Shown one piece after another: positions 1-9,738 of a stretch of DNA of 64,000 nucleotides. Location: the NCBI GenBank assembly GCA_964440095.1, contig CAYTPZ010000002.1, forward strand, positions 1,764-65,763, written 5' to 3'. Within the stretch, counting starts at the first letter, position 1. Each line of letters starts with the position of its first letter. Source of the stretch: an uncultured bacterium. GTDB taxonomy: Bacteria > Krumholzibacteriota > Krumholzibacteriia > JACNKJ01. The notes beneath the pieces were generated by a model. It was not told where the DNA came from, made no database searches, and saw nothing but the letters and a program-made list of their open reading frames with translations. The translations under genes and the position numbers were made by a program.

Positions 1-1725
1 CTCTACTCGGTGAAGTTGCGAGTGGTCAACGATCTGGGCATGGAGGCCGTGGAGCTGAAAGAGAACTACATCATGGTTCTCGAAAATGAGAGCAACTGTC
101 TGGTTTTCCCCTCCAAAATCAGTTCAGGGCTGCCAACACCCGTGTTCTTCGCCTACTCCGGGGTGGAAAGCCTGTTCGAGTATCATGCCGTGGTGAATTT
201 CGACAGCACGATCATTCGCTATGATGGCTTGTCCAATTGGAACCCGGGCAAAACCTTCATCGACAGCATCGCCGACCAAAGCATCTACATTGATTGGGTC
301 TATGAAAGCGGTGTGGATCCCATACTGCCCAGCAACGATCCCAGTTTCCTTTTCGGGCTGGCCTTCACTGCCCTAACCGCCGTGGATACCACTCAGCTAA
401 ATTACGTGGACAGCCTCTGTGTTGTTCTCGGCGCCTCAGGAGACACGCTCCAAAACATCGGTTGGGTGGATGATCCTCCTTTCGGTGAGATCATACTGGA
501 CGTGAACTGTTTACTGACCGGCCAAGTCGATTACTACACGGGTGAATCGGCTCTGCCTGGAGTTGTCTTCTCAATGGGGCCGCCCAACGATGATGCGGTT
601 TCCAATATGGCCGGTGAGTGGGAGTTCGAGCCCTATCCTATGGACGACTACACTCTGCGGATAGGCAAGGATGACGAGCTTTACGCCAGCAACTCACTGG
701 ATGCCATGAAAGTGCTGCGTCACGAGGCGGGTCTTGAGCTTCTTACGGGTGATCTTACGCTGCGTTGCGGCGACGTTAATCTGGATGAGGTCGTGGACAC
801 TCTCGACGCTGTGGCCATCGCCGAGGCGGCCGCGCTGATCGCGCCCCTAGCTTCCGGTGACTGGGCGTTCGAACCGGACAGTGTGGTCTTCGAGCCTCTC
901 AACAGGGATGAAAATATATCCGTGGTTGGCATGCGCATGGGCGACGTGGATGGCAGCTGGCTCCCCGGCATCACGCTGCGCGAGGCCGGCGAGTCGGGTG
1001 GGCGCCAGGCCATCACTCTGTCTGTACCGGACACGACCCTTAGTTCCGGCACCGGAGAGTTCCTGATCCCCCTGCTGGCCGAAGGCTTCGACAGCATTTC
1101 CGCCTTGTCACTTCGCCTGGATTTTTCCGACAGCATTCTCACCTACAATGGAGTGAGCAGTAATCTACCCGGACTCAATCTGATGACAGGTGAGCTGGGC
1201 GGAGACATCCACCTGGAGTGGTTCGACGGGCATGGAGGCGACAGTCTTCTAACGCAGCAGGGTGATACTCTGTTGTTCCTGCACTTCACATCTATTACAT
1301 CCGAGTGGGCCATTTCGCACTTGGATTTCCAGGCCGTCAGCGCTCTGGGCGACTCCATCGGCGATGCCATAGAGGGTGTGACTTTGGTGGATGGCTCCAT
1401 TACCGTTCCCGGCTTTGGAGTGGATGCCGATACGCCTCCGCCGGCAAGCTTCGGGCTGCAGCAGAATTTTCCCAATCCCTTCAATCCATCTACGGAGATT
1501 CGATTTTCCTTAGCCGAAGAAGCTTTGGTGAGTTTGCGTATCTATGACCTGGAGGGTCGCCTGGTGGATCATCTGCTGCCCGGCGTTAAGTTCGAAGCTG
1601 GACGCCACGGCGTTGTATGGAATGGAACGGATCGGCGCGGGCGGCAGGTGTCATCGGGCATGTACTTCTACAGACTCGACACCAAGGACTTCAGCGATCG
1701 CCGGAAGATGATGCTTCTAAAGTAG
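1..1725 (+). CDS. Secreted surface protein, 5'-truncated by the window edge; dockerin-like Ca-loop and cohesin-like region; C-terminal T9SS sorting domain
   Basis: Frame is open from nt 1 with no upstream stop and no signal peptide, so the 5' end is missing. The C-terminus NFPNPFNPSTEIRFSL...GMYFYRLDT...KMMLLK fits the Por_Secre_tail consensus. DVNLDEVVDTLD resembles a dockerin Ca-binding loop. Confidence 0.6.
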   Translation, partial: LYSVKLRVVNDLGMEAVELKENYIMVLENESNCLVFPSKISSGLPTPVFFAYSGVESLFEYHAVVNFDSTIIRYDGLSNWNPGKTFIDSIADQSIYIDWVYESGVDPILPSNDPSFLFGLAFTALTAVDTTQLNYVDSLCVVLGASGDTLQNIGWVDDPPFGEIILDVNCLLTGQVDYYTGESALPGVVFSMGPPNDDAVSNMAGEWEFEPYPMDDYTLRIGKDDELYASNSLDAMKVLRHEAGLELLTGDLTLRCGDVNLDEVVDTLDAVAIAEAAALIAPLASGDWAFEPDSVVFEPLNRDENISVVGMRMGDVDGSWLPGITLREAGESGGRQAITLSVPDTTLSSGTGEFLIPLLAEGFDSISALSLRLDFSDSILTYNGVSSNLPGLNLMTGELGGDIHLEWFDGHGGDSLLTQQGDTLLFLHFTSITSEWAISHLDFQAVSALGDSIGDAIEGVTLVDGSITVPGFGVDADTPPPASFGLQQNFPNPFNPSTEIRFSLAEEALVSLRIYDLEGRLVDHLLPGVKFEAGRHGVVWNGTDRRGRQVSSGMYFYRLDTKDFSDRRKMMLLK

Positions 1726-1777
1726 AAGGCGGCTAGGCATGTGACCCCTCCCCTCTTTCCAGCTTCACATGTCACCT

Positions 1778-1806
1778 GGGAAGGGATCACACCCCTTCCC
1801 TTTTTC
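1778..1806 (+). terminator. Rho-independent terminator-like hairpin (GGGAAGGG...CCCTTCCC followed by TTTTT) after the first CDS
   Basis: 8-bp GC stem followed by a T5 tract, lying between convergent genes. Confidence 0.45.
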
Positions 1807-1971
1807 GTGTTCAACCTACAGGAAAACCGACTGTACCGTAGTCATCGTCAGTCGATCCGAACAACACACGACAAGCTCGTGTGATAGCTAATCCTTGGCA
1901 GAAGATGTTTTTGGGGAACTTGTGTGGGGGGGCGGCCGCGAGTTTCGAGCGCGAGGAAATGCCGCGAGCGC

Positions 1972-3813
1972 CTATTTAACCAGCACCAACTTCTCGCTGC
2001 CCGCGGCTTGACCATCCACATTCAGCGTGGCGAAGTAGATGCCGCTCGCCATGGGCTCGCCGTGCTCGTCGCGTCCATCCCAGGCCATTTCCCAACGCCC
2101 TGCAGGTTGCCGGCTGTCTTCAAGCACCTTCACCGTGCGCCCGCTCGCGTCCACGATGCGAAGCTCCACCTGTGCATCGCGCTCCAACTCGAAGCAGATT
2201 CGCGTGACGGGATTGAAGGGGTTGGGATAGGGGCTCAACATGCGACCGGCTGCGGCGGGAGCCTCAGCCAGACTGGTGGGATCGTAACCCGCATTGATGA
2301 GAACTTCGAGCAGGGTGGGTCCATCCACAATCGGATCGCTGGGAGGAATGGTATCCTCGCCCGCCTGGGCATACTCGCGAATGGCATCCACCGCGATGTG
2401 TCCCCAGTCGCCGGTGGACAAATCGCCAATAGCCACATAGGCCTCCTGGCCAATCAAGGTTTCGGTGTTCCAGAGCCGCTCGCTCATGAAGTGGGAGTGG
2501 TTCCCTGTTTCCGTGAAGAGCACGCGGTCCGTGGCGTAGTCGATGAGCGCGACAAAGCAGACATCGGGAAGATCTCCGCCGCCCACACGAAGGCCGACTC
2601 GATCTTCGGTCACGGTGAAGGGATCACTCTTGAGCAGTCCCCACTTTTCGTTGCCCTGGAATCCGCCGAGGTCCTCGTCGGAGGGCTCGGGGTAATCCTC
2701 ATAGGTGCCCAGGAATGAATTGCCCTGCAGGTTGCTGTGACCGGCTCCCCGCTGATAGGGGTTGTCTCCCCAGGTGGGCTGGTTGTTGAAGGCATTGCCG
2801 ATATAGGTGTGCCACCAAGGCTGCAGGCCGTCCAGGCGATGGATCTCGGGAATGTTGTCTTCGGTCTCCAGCAGCATCTCGTCGAAGCGCAGGAAGTAGA
2901 TGATGTTCTCCACGGTCACCAGGCCGTTGAAGCGGCTGAAGATGGTCTCGTCGTCGAACTTGGTGACCTCCGCGCCGTGGCCTTCGTCGATGATCACGTC
3001 TTCCGCGATTTCCCATCCATTGAAGGGATCCGTACTCACGCGATGGTGAGTGCCGGTGATGTTTTCTTCGGTGAAGAAGAAGTGATACAAGCCGAACTCG
3101 TCTTTGATGAGCTGCACGCTCTCGATCATGTTGGTGTTCTCATGTGAGTAGAACGGACCCTGATCGATCCAGTGCAGCAGGTCCGTGCTCATGGCCAGGC
3201 TTACCGCGCCTGTGGAATCGGCCATGCGTGCCGTATTGAGCATGTAATACTCGCGGTCATCTTCGATGTGGAAGATTTCCGGGTCGCGGCAGTTGGACCA
3301 GGGCCAGTTCTGATTCTCCTCGAACCAGAAAGCCCAGGACCCCGGATTGTAGATGGGGTTGTTCAGGAAACGATCCCAGTTATAGAGATCCGAACTCTTG
3401 GCGCCGCCGGCCTGCTGCGTTACCCACTCGTTCGCGCCCGTGTAGTAAAGGTACCAGCCATCGTCTTCGGGTTTTTCAATAATATCGGGTGCCCAGATGA
3501 ATTCACTTTCCCAGGTTCCGGGGATCACCGGAAGAATGCTGTCTTGGCGAGTCCAATGGCGAAGGTCGGGGCTGGTGATATGACCGAGCCACTTTTCCTC
3601 GCGCATTCCGCCGTTGATGGGTGGGTAGCTCTGAATGAAGAAAACATGGTAGATGCCTTCGTTCTTGACCATGCAGTGATCCTTGACCACCACGCCCACG
3701 TCTTCCACGAAGTAGGGCTGCTCGAAGTCAAAGAGGATACCCGCCGACGCCGCATAAGCAGCGCCAAAGACCAGGAACGTAAAAATGATAAGACGAGATT
3801 GAAGTCGGATCAT
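1972..3813 (-). CDS. Glycoside hydrolase family 32-like (clan GH-J five-bladed propeller) with signal peptide and C-terminal T9SS sorting domain
   Basis: YHVFFIQ and LGHITSPDL..W..Q.SILPV match the GH32 blocks G.YHLFYQ and WGHATS.DL..W. An RDP motif is present (NCRDPEIF). C-terminus YPNPFNPVTRICFEL...GIYFATL...KLVLVK is a T9SS CTD. Start taken at MIRLQSRLIIFTFLVF (signal peptide). Confidence 0.75.
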   Translation of the reverse strand: MIRLQSRLIIFTFLVFGAAYAASAGILFDFEQPYFVEDVGVVVKDHCMVKNEGIYHVFFIQSYPPINGGMREEKWLGHITSPDLRHWTRQDSILPVIPGTWESEFIWAPDIIEKPEDDGWYLYYTGANEWVTQQAGGAKSSDLYNWDRFLNNPIYNPGSWAFWFEENQNWPWSNCRDPEIFHIEDDREYYMLNTARMADSTGAVSLAMSTDLLHWIDQGPFYSHENTNMIESVQLIKDEFGLYHFFFTEENITGTHHRVSTDPFNGWEIAEDVIIDEGHGAEVTKFDDETIFSRFNGLVTVENIIYFLRFDEMLLETEDNIPEIHRLDGLQPWWHTYIGNAFNNQPTWGDNPYQRGAGHSNLQGNSFLGTYEDYPEPSDEDLGGFQGNEKWGLLKSDPFTVTEDRVGLRVGGGDLPDVCFVALIDYATDRVLFTETGNHSHFMSERLWNTETLIGQEAYVAIGDLSTGDWGHIAVDAIREYAQAGEDTIPPSDPIVDGPTLLEVLINAGYDPTSLAEAPAAAGRMLSPYPNPFNPVTRICFELERDAQVELRIVDASGRTVKVLEDSRQPAGRWEMAWDGRDEHGEPMASGIYFATLNVDGQAAGSEKLVLVK

Positions 3814-3997
3814 TGTGTAGAGCCATCGCCTTGCTAGGATCGGTGTTAGTCGGGTCGCAGGCGACAATTATACCAGATGTTAAAAGCTCCGGTCAAAGCG
3901 GCCGCTCCTCTCGCATCTTATTGTGCCGCAAGCTTTCCGGTAATTCCGATCTCTTTCCCCGCTAGCTTGCCGGCCCACCTTCGACTATGTTTGGAAA

Positions 3998-5041
3998 ATG
4001 AAACTGAAAGGCATACAGCTAGGTCGCGTTCTGGGAATCCCCGTTCGCCTGCACTTCACCTTCCCATTCTTCCTCGTGGTGATCGTCGCGGTGGAAACCT
4101 ATGGGGGTGGTTGGCGGGCCGGTCTGCACATTGCGGGCGTGCTCATCTCGCTATTCATCTTCGTGCTGCTTCACGAACTGGGACACAGCGTGGTGGCGCG
4201 TCGGTACGGTATTCCCATCCTGGATATCACGCTCCTGCCTATTGGCGGTGTGGCCCGAACCCTGGGTCTGCCCAAAACATCGGGGCAGGAGATCGCCATC
4301 GCTCTGGCCGGACCGGCTGTGAATTATGTGCTGGCCATCCCCCTGGGTATTGCGGTGGCCACCTTGCCCGATGGCGACCTTCGCGAGTTCGCCATTCCCC
4401 TGCTTTTTGCCAACCTCATGCTTGGCACCTTCAACCTGATTCCCGCCTTTCCCATGGACGGGGGCCGCGTGCTCCGCGCTCTACTCGCCCTGCGCAAGGA
4501 GTATCTGGACGCCACGCGCATCGCGGTCTGGGTCGGCCGAGTTGTGGCAGTGATCTTCGTGGTGGTGGCCGTGGTGGATCGCGAGTGGATCCTTCTCGCC
4601 CTCATCGCGCTGTTCATCTACAACGCCGGCGGCGCCGAACTGCGCCTGGCTCGCAGGCTGCACTCACTGGCCAAGGGTACCGCTCAAAGTGCCGCCGCAC
4701 CTCTTCCGCCTGCCATTCCCGGCGATGCCAGCCTGAGCCGTGCATTTACCTGGCTGGAGAGTTTTCCCTACGTGCCCTACTTCGCCATCGAGATGGATCC
4801 CATCACCATTTCCCTGGTGGGTCGCGAAGAGCTGGGAGACCTTTGCCTCGCCCTGCGCGCCAACATGGAGATATCCCGAGTCACCCTGCATGCGGAAATT
4901 CCCCTGGCCGGGATGAGCTCCTTAGCCGATGCCCGCAGAAGGCTGCAAGAGGCCCATCGCAACATGCTTCCCGTACGCATGCCGAACGGCAGCCTCGGAA
5001 TTCTCACTCTATTGGATTTGGAAGCCTGGCTGGGCGACTAG
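3998..5041 (+). CDS. M50 family (site-2 protease-like) zinc metalloprotease, membrane
   Basis: HELGHS zinc motif inside a TM-rich N-terminal half, followed by a downstream LDG motif. Confidence 0.8.
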   Translation: MKLKGIQLGRVLGIPVRLHFTFPFFLVVIVAVETYGGGWRAGLHIAGVLISLFIFVLLHELGHSVVARRYGIPILDITLLPIGGVARTLGLPKTSGQEIAIALAGPAVNYVLAIPLGIAVATLPDGDLREFAIPLLFANLMLGTFNLIPAFPMDGGRVLRALLALRKEYLDATRIAVWVGRVVAVIFVVVAVVDREWILLALIALFIYNAGGAELRLARRLHSLAKGTAQSAAAPLPPAIPGDASLSRAFTWLESFPYVPYFAIEMDPITISLVGREELGDLCLALRANMEISRVTLHAEIPLAGMSSLADARRRLQEAHRNMLPVRMPNGSLGILTLLDLEAWLGD

Positions 5042-6006
5042 GAGTCGGGCAACTGAGGAATGGCCAGCTGCAGCACTGTGGCGGCCAGGCCCTTCGCGCC
5101 CGCATCCAGCATTTCGGGCATGACCGCGCCCAGGGTGTCCTGAGTGCTGTTGACGTAGGGGAATGCGTCGCCGGGACCTTCCCAAAGGAACATGGCCGGC
5201 AGGCCTTCCAACCAGAACCAGTACTGATCGCTGGCAGGGGCGTTGTATGGATTCGCCCAGTCCAGCGTGTCCAGGGCCACAGGTTCGGCGAGCTCGGCGG
5301 CCAGGGGCAGGGCGTCCGCTCCCATGGCTACGGTTTCGCCGTGGCAGATCAGGCGCAGGTCCTGCTCGCCGTCGCCGTCCCAGCCGATCATGTCCACGTT
5401 GACCATGCAGATCAAACTGTCGGGGCCGGTTTCATTGTCCCAGAATTCCACGTATCGCTTGCTGCCCTTGAAGCCCACTTCCTCGGCGGCGAAGAAGACC
5501 ACACGCACGGTGTAGGCGGTGGGCGTGTCATGAAGAATGCGAGTGAGTTCGAGGAGGGCGGCCACACCCGTGGCGTTGTCCACGGCACCGGGAGAGATAG
5601 TGCTGGAGTCGTTGGCGCTGGCATTGCCCGAAGAGCAGTCCCAATGAGCTCCCACCAACACCTGACGCTCCGGGGCAACCATTCCGGGAAAGTCCACGTA
5701 AACGTTGGCTGTGTGGATCAGGCGACGCCTCATTATTGTGAAAGAGTCCCACTGGGCCACGTTTCCCTGATCTTCGATCCAGCCCACGAGCATGTTCAAA
5801 GCCTGCGTACAACCTTCGTCGTATTCGATATAGCGCGAATGAATCGAGGCGAATTCCGTCACATAGCTCATGAGTTGGGCCTGGGAAATGCTGCCCACGC
5901 GCTCGGAAATGAGCTCGTCCTGGTCCTGATATCCAAGGGGGCAATCGGTGCCTGACTGGCATCCGGCCAGAATGAGGAGTAGCAGAAGAAATAATAAGGG
6001 TTTCAT
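5038..6006 (-). CDS. M28 family aminopeptidase, lipoprotein
   Basis: Lipobox LLLLILAGC; M28 blocks VGAHWDC, GAVDNATGVAALLELTR and FFAAEEVGFKGS. Confidence 0.8.
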   Translation of the reverse strand: MKPLLFLLLLLILAGCQSGTDCPLGYQDQDELISERVGSISQAQLMSYVTEFASIHSRYIEYDEGCTQALNMLVGWIEDQGNVAQWDSFTIMRRRLIHTANVYVDFPGMVAPERQVLVGAHWDCSSGNASANDSSTISPGAVDNATGVAALLELTRILHDTPTAYTVRVVFFAAEEVGFKGSKRYVEFWDNETGPDSLICMVNVDMIGWDGDGEQDLRLICHGETVAMGADALPLAAELAEPVALDTLDWANPYNAPASDQYWFWLEGLPAMFLWEGPGDAFPYVNSTQDTLGAVMPEMLDAGAKGLAATVLQLAIPQLPDS

Positions 6007-6127
6007 TGTGCGAGCATAGGCTACAAGGCTGGGGGTGGCAAGTTGGAATGGATCTTGTCAGGGCTCGCCTGCCTGTCTAGTATTGATGCATCCTCATGAC
6101 CCACGGCTTCACCGTGAAAGGAATAAC

Positions 6128-7078
6128 ATGGATCGCAACCTCGCGCTGGAACTCACGCGCGTTACCGAATCCGCCGCCATCGCTTCGGCCCGCATGCTCG
6201 GGCGCGGAGATCCGAACGAGGCCGACCAGGCCGCCGTCACCGCCATGCGTGATCGCTTCAACGACATCGCCATGGACGGCACAGTGGTCATCGGCGAGGG
6301 CGAGCGCGACGAAGCGCCCATGCTCTACATCGGCGAAAAGGTGGGCACGGGCGATTTGCCCGAGGTGGACATCGCCCTCGATCCTCTGGAGTGCACCAAC
6401 TCTGTGGCCTACGGACGGCCCAACGCTCTGGCCGTGGTGGCCATCGCGCCCAAGGGACACTTCCTGCACGCGCCTGACACCTACATGGAAAAAATCGCTG
6501 TGGGACCCGAGGCTGTGGGCACCATCGATATCAATCGAAGCCCTAGCGAGAACCTGAATACCCTGGCCGAAGTGAAAAAGGTGCAAGTGAGTGACCTCAC
6601 CGTGGCCATTCTCGATCGCGAGCGCCACGAAGATCTTATCGCCGAAGTGCGCCAGCTGGGCTGCCGCATTCACCTGATTCCAGACGGCGACGTGTCGGCG
6701 GCCATCGCCTGCGCGGTGCCCGATTCCACGGTGGACATTCTCATGGGCATCGGCGGTGCGCCTGAAGGCGTGCTGGCGGCTGCGGCCCTTCGCGGATTGG
6801 GCGGCGACATGCAGGGGCGCCTGGCTTTCCGCAACGAGGGCGAAAGGCAGCGCGCCATCAGCATGGGCGTCAAAGACCCGGCCAAGGTTTTTGAGATCAC
6901 TGAATTGGCTCAGGGCGACGACATCATGTTCGTGGCCACGGGCATCACCACCGGCGATTTCCTTCGCGGCGTGGGATTCTATCCCGGCGGTGCCAGGACT
7001 CATAGCATGGTGATCCGCAGCAAGTCGGGCACCTTGCGCTTCATCGAAACCGAACACCGTTGGAACTGGAAACCCTAG
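6128..7078 (+). CDS. glpX: Fructose-1,6-bisphosphatase class II
   Basis: MDRNLALELTRVTE...AAIA N-terminus and GlpX-wide similarity; start chosen at the ATG preceded by an A-rich RBS. Confidence 0.9.
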   Translation: MDRNLALELTRVTESAAIASARMLGRGDPNEADQAAVTAMRDRFNDIAMDGTVVIGEGERDEAPMLYIGEKVGTGDLPEVDIALDPLECTNSVAYGRPNALAVVAIAPKGHFLHAPDTYMEKIAVGPEAVGTIDINRSPSENLNTLAEVKKVQVSDLTVAILDRERHEDLIAEVRQLGCRIHLIPDGDVSAAIACAVPDSTVDILMGIGGAPEGVLAAAALRGLGGDMQGRLAFRNEGERQRAISMGVKDPAKVFEITELAQGDDIMFVATGITTGDFLRGVGFYPGGARTHSMVIRSKSGTLRFIETEHRWNWKP

Positions 7079-7088
7079 GCGGCGGCTT

Positions 7089-8159
7089 ATGGCTTTGAAC
7101 TTCTTGGCGGAACTCGAGAACATGCAAAGTTTCCTGAGCTGGAAGCGAAAGCATCATCCCGATTGGCCGGACCTTCGCCTGGAGTGGGGGCTTTACCACC
7201 ACCTTCGCGGTTCCCTGGCCATGGATCAGGCCGCCGATCCCGATCTTCGCGAGCAGGCCGAGAAGCTGCTCGCCGAGGGCTATCGCACCTTGGCCGAAAG
7301 CCAGGACGCGGCCCGCAGTTTCGGGGAGTTCGCCGAATGGGACGGGTGGGCCGTAACGCATCTGCCCGCCATGGGACAGCCGGTGGAAGCGCCTCGCGGC
7401 GCCGATCTGCGCGAGCACTTCCTCTTGGAGTTGGATGACGACCAGGGCGACATCACAGAGAAGCTTCTGGATCGCGTGGGCGAGCTGGATACCTGCCCCG
7501 AACCGCTGAGGCGGGCGGCCATGGGGCGTCCCTTCCGGCGTCTCTTCGCGTCCATGGCCGAGTATCTGGGATTTCAGGGCGAGTACGATGCCGCCCTGGA
7601 AGCGACGGCTTGGTCGGTTCTTGTGGGTGGACAAAGTGTGGAACACTGGCTTCTCAGCTCGCGTGTGGAGCGCATTTGCGACCGCCGGGTTGAAGCCGGC
7701 GAATTGCTCGATGAGGGCATGAAGCGTTTCCCCGAAAACGTGGCACTCATGCGCGAGCGTTCCGAAGAATACGAGATGCAGAGCAAACACGAGAAGGCCG
7801 CTGAAATTCTCGAAAGAGCTGTGAAGCTCAAACCCAAATGGGCGGACCTGCGTCTTCGCCTGGCACGGGTTTACCGGGAGCTGGAGCAGAGGGATCTATC
7901 GCTGGACCAGTTCGAAAAAGCCTTGGAACTCAACCCTCGCTATGAAAGTGCGGCTCGCGGCCGGGCTGAATTACTCAAAGATCGTGGTCGACATGAAGAA
8001 GCCGAAGCGCTTCTGCAGGCCTGGAGCGAAGACAAGACTCCCCACGCCGAGGTTTATCGAATGCTCAGCGAAATCCTTGCCGAGCGTGAAGACTACCTGG
8101 CCGCCGAACGATTCGCGCGCCTGAGTCAGTCCGGAGCCGAGAAGCATGAAGATGCTTAG
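7089..8159 (+). CDS. TPR-repeat protein, hypothetical
   Basis: C-terminal TPR-like helical repeats (AEILERAVKLKPKWADLRLRLARVY..., FEKALELNPRYESA...). Confidence 0.6.
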   Translation: MALNFLAELENMQSFLSWKRKHHPDWPDLRLEWGLYHHLRGSLAMDQAADPDLREQAEKLLAEGYRTLAESQDAARSFGEFAEWDGWAVTHLPAMGQPVEAPRGADLREHFLLELDDDQGDITEKLLDRVGELDTCPEPLRRAAMGRPFRRLFASMAEYLGFQGEYDAALEATAWSVLVGGQSVEHWLLSSRVERICDRRVEAGELLDEGMKRFPENVALMRERSEEYEMQSKHEKAAEILERAVKLKPKWADLRLRLARVYRELEQRDLSLDQFEKALELNPRYESAARGRAELLKDRGRHEEAEALLQAWSEDKTPHAEVYRMLSEILAEREDYLAAERFARLSQSGAEKHEDA

Positions 8160-9738
8160 GCGAATCGCCTTCCTTCTAGCCCTCTGCCTTATCTCGTCGG
8201 CCACGGCGGACATCAACTGGACCTTCGATCAGCCCTACTTCGTGGAAGAATATGGCGTGAAGACCAAGGATCACGCGCTGGTTTATCACGATGGCCTCTA
8301 CCACCTCTTCTACATTCAGAGTTTTGAAGGCGGAACCCTGCCGGGCTATCGGCTCGAGCAGTGGTTGGGTCATGTGACCAGCGAAGATCTGCGCACCTGG
8401 ACCCATCATGACAGCATTCTGCCCGTGGTTCCGGGAACCTGGGAAGAGGGTTTTATCTGGGCGCCGGACATAATTGAGAATCCCTTCGGTACCGGCTGGG
8501 TCATGCTCTACACGGGAGCGGAGTACAATTTGGAGGCACGTCAACGCATGGGCGTGGCCTACAGCGAAGACCTTTACACCTGGACACGCGAGCCGGCCAA
8601 TCCCGTGTATGAGCCCGACACGTGGACCGATTGGGCGGATCCCGTTTACGAGTCCGCCAATTGCCGCGACCCCGAATTGTTCCAGATACCCGGTTACCCG
8701 GGATGGCACCTTGTGAACTCGGTGAGAACTTCCGAGGGGTTCGGCGCTTTGGCTCTGGCCTACAGCGAAGATTTCATCAACTGGACTCAACAGGACACGC
8801 TCTTCTACCACGGCAGTCCCAACATGCTTGAGAGCGTGAACCTTTACGTGGATACCTCAGATCGAAAGCACATGTTCTACACGGAATTCAATCACGGCGG
8901 AACCTCACACATGTCCAGCGCCAATTACCTGGGCGGATGGGACAAGAACAACGCCATAAGTTTCGACTCCGGCGAAGGCCCGGAGGTGTCGCAGCTCAAT
9001 GGGAAGATCATCTTCAGTCGCTACAGCGCCGATTACCCTATAGATCTGGAACGCTACTACATCGAGTTCGACTGTATTGATGCGGCCATCCTGGATCCAC
9101 CGGACATGGTCAAACTGGAAGGCTTGCAGGACCACTGGCACATTCGCTTCGGCGAGGCCTTCGATTATCAGCCCACCTTTGGAGACAATCCCATCGTGCG
9201 GGGAAATTCCAGCACGAACATGGAGGGCAACAGCTACCTGGCCACCTCCGAGAAATACATGTCGCCCCACGGGCCCGGCGCCATCGGCCAACAGACGGGC
9301 CCAGCTCCCACGGGTTTGCTCGAGTCCGATCCCTTCAATGTGCAGCGGGATCGTTTCAGTATGTTGATCGGCGGCGGCAATATGCCCGAGCATTGCTTCA
9401 TCGCCATGGTGAGGGTGAGTGATGGGCGGATCATGCTGCGTGAAATGGGTCCGGACGCTTGGGAGATGGAGCGCCGAATCTGGGACACCAGCACGCTCGT
9501 GGGCGAGGAAGTGTTCATTGCCATCGTGGATCTGGCCAGCTACTCCAGCGGCAGCATGTGGGGATGGATCGCCGTGGACAGCATTCGCGAGTACCCCTTC
9601 ACCGGCAGCGATGAGGTCACGCCCTCAACTCCTTTGGTGGAGGATCTCTACCTGGCGCAGATCGTGGAGGATGCGGGCTTCGATTATCCCGCGACGCAGA
9701 GTAGCGACTTCTCGAAGCTGCGGAAGCTCTTCCGCTAG
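8146..9738 (+). CDS. Glycoside hydrolase family 32-like, secreted paralog lacking a T9SS CTD
   Basis: Signal peptide; TKDHALVYHDGLYHLFYIQ...WLGHVTSEDLRTW...ILPVVP corresponds to the GH32 N-terminal blocks; NCRDPELF (RDP motif); paralog of the 1972-3813 gene. Confidence 0.75.
   Translation: MKMLRRIAFLLALCLISSATADINWTFDQPYFVEEYGVKTKDHALVYHDGLYHLFYIQSFEGGTLPGYRLEQWLGHVTSEDLRTWTHHDSILPVVPGTWEEGFIWAPDIIENPFGTGWVMLYTGAEYNLEARQRMGVAYSEDLYTWTREPANPVYEPDTWTDWADPVYESANCRDPELFQIPGYPGWHLVNSVRTSEGFGALALAYSEDFINWTQQDTLFYHGSPNMLESVNLYVDTSDRKHMFYTEFNHGGTSHMSSANYLGGWDKNNAISFDSGEGPEVSQLNGKIIFSRYSADYPIDLERYYIEFDCIDAAILDPPDMVKLEGLQDHWHIRFGEAFDYQPTFGDNPIVRGNSSTNMEGNSYLATSEKYMSPHGPGAIGQQTGPAPTGLLESDPFNVQRDRFSMLIGGGNMPEHCFIAMVRVSDGRIMLREMGPDAWEMERRIWDTSTLVGEEVFIAIVDLASYSSGSMWGWIAVDSIREYPFTGSDEVTPSTPLVEDLYLAQIVEDAGFDYPATQSSDFSKLRKLFR

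Noticed and set aside
1972-3813. Assignment of the propeller hydrolases to GH43
   Set aside because: The G.YHLFYQ-like and WGH.TS.DL..W blocks plus the RDP motif fit GH32 (clan GH-J) better than GH43. A formal CAZy HMM assignment would still be needed.
3877-5955. 692-aa plus-strand ORF spanning the M50 protease and M28 peptidase loci
   Set aside because: It has Arg/Gly/Pro/His-rich composition typical of an out-of-frame or antisense reading in high-GC DNA, and it overlaps two well-supported genes (3998-5041 + and 5038-6006 -).
6077-7123. 348-aa minus-strand ORF
   Set aside because: It is the antisense shadow of glpX and its composition is implausible (GH-rich).
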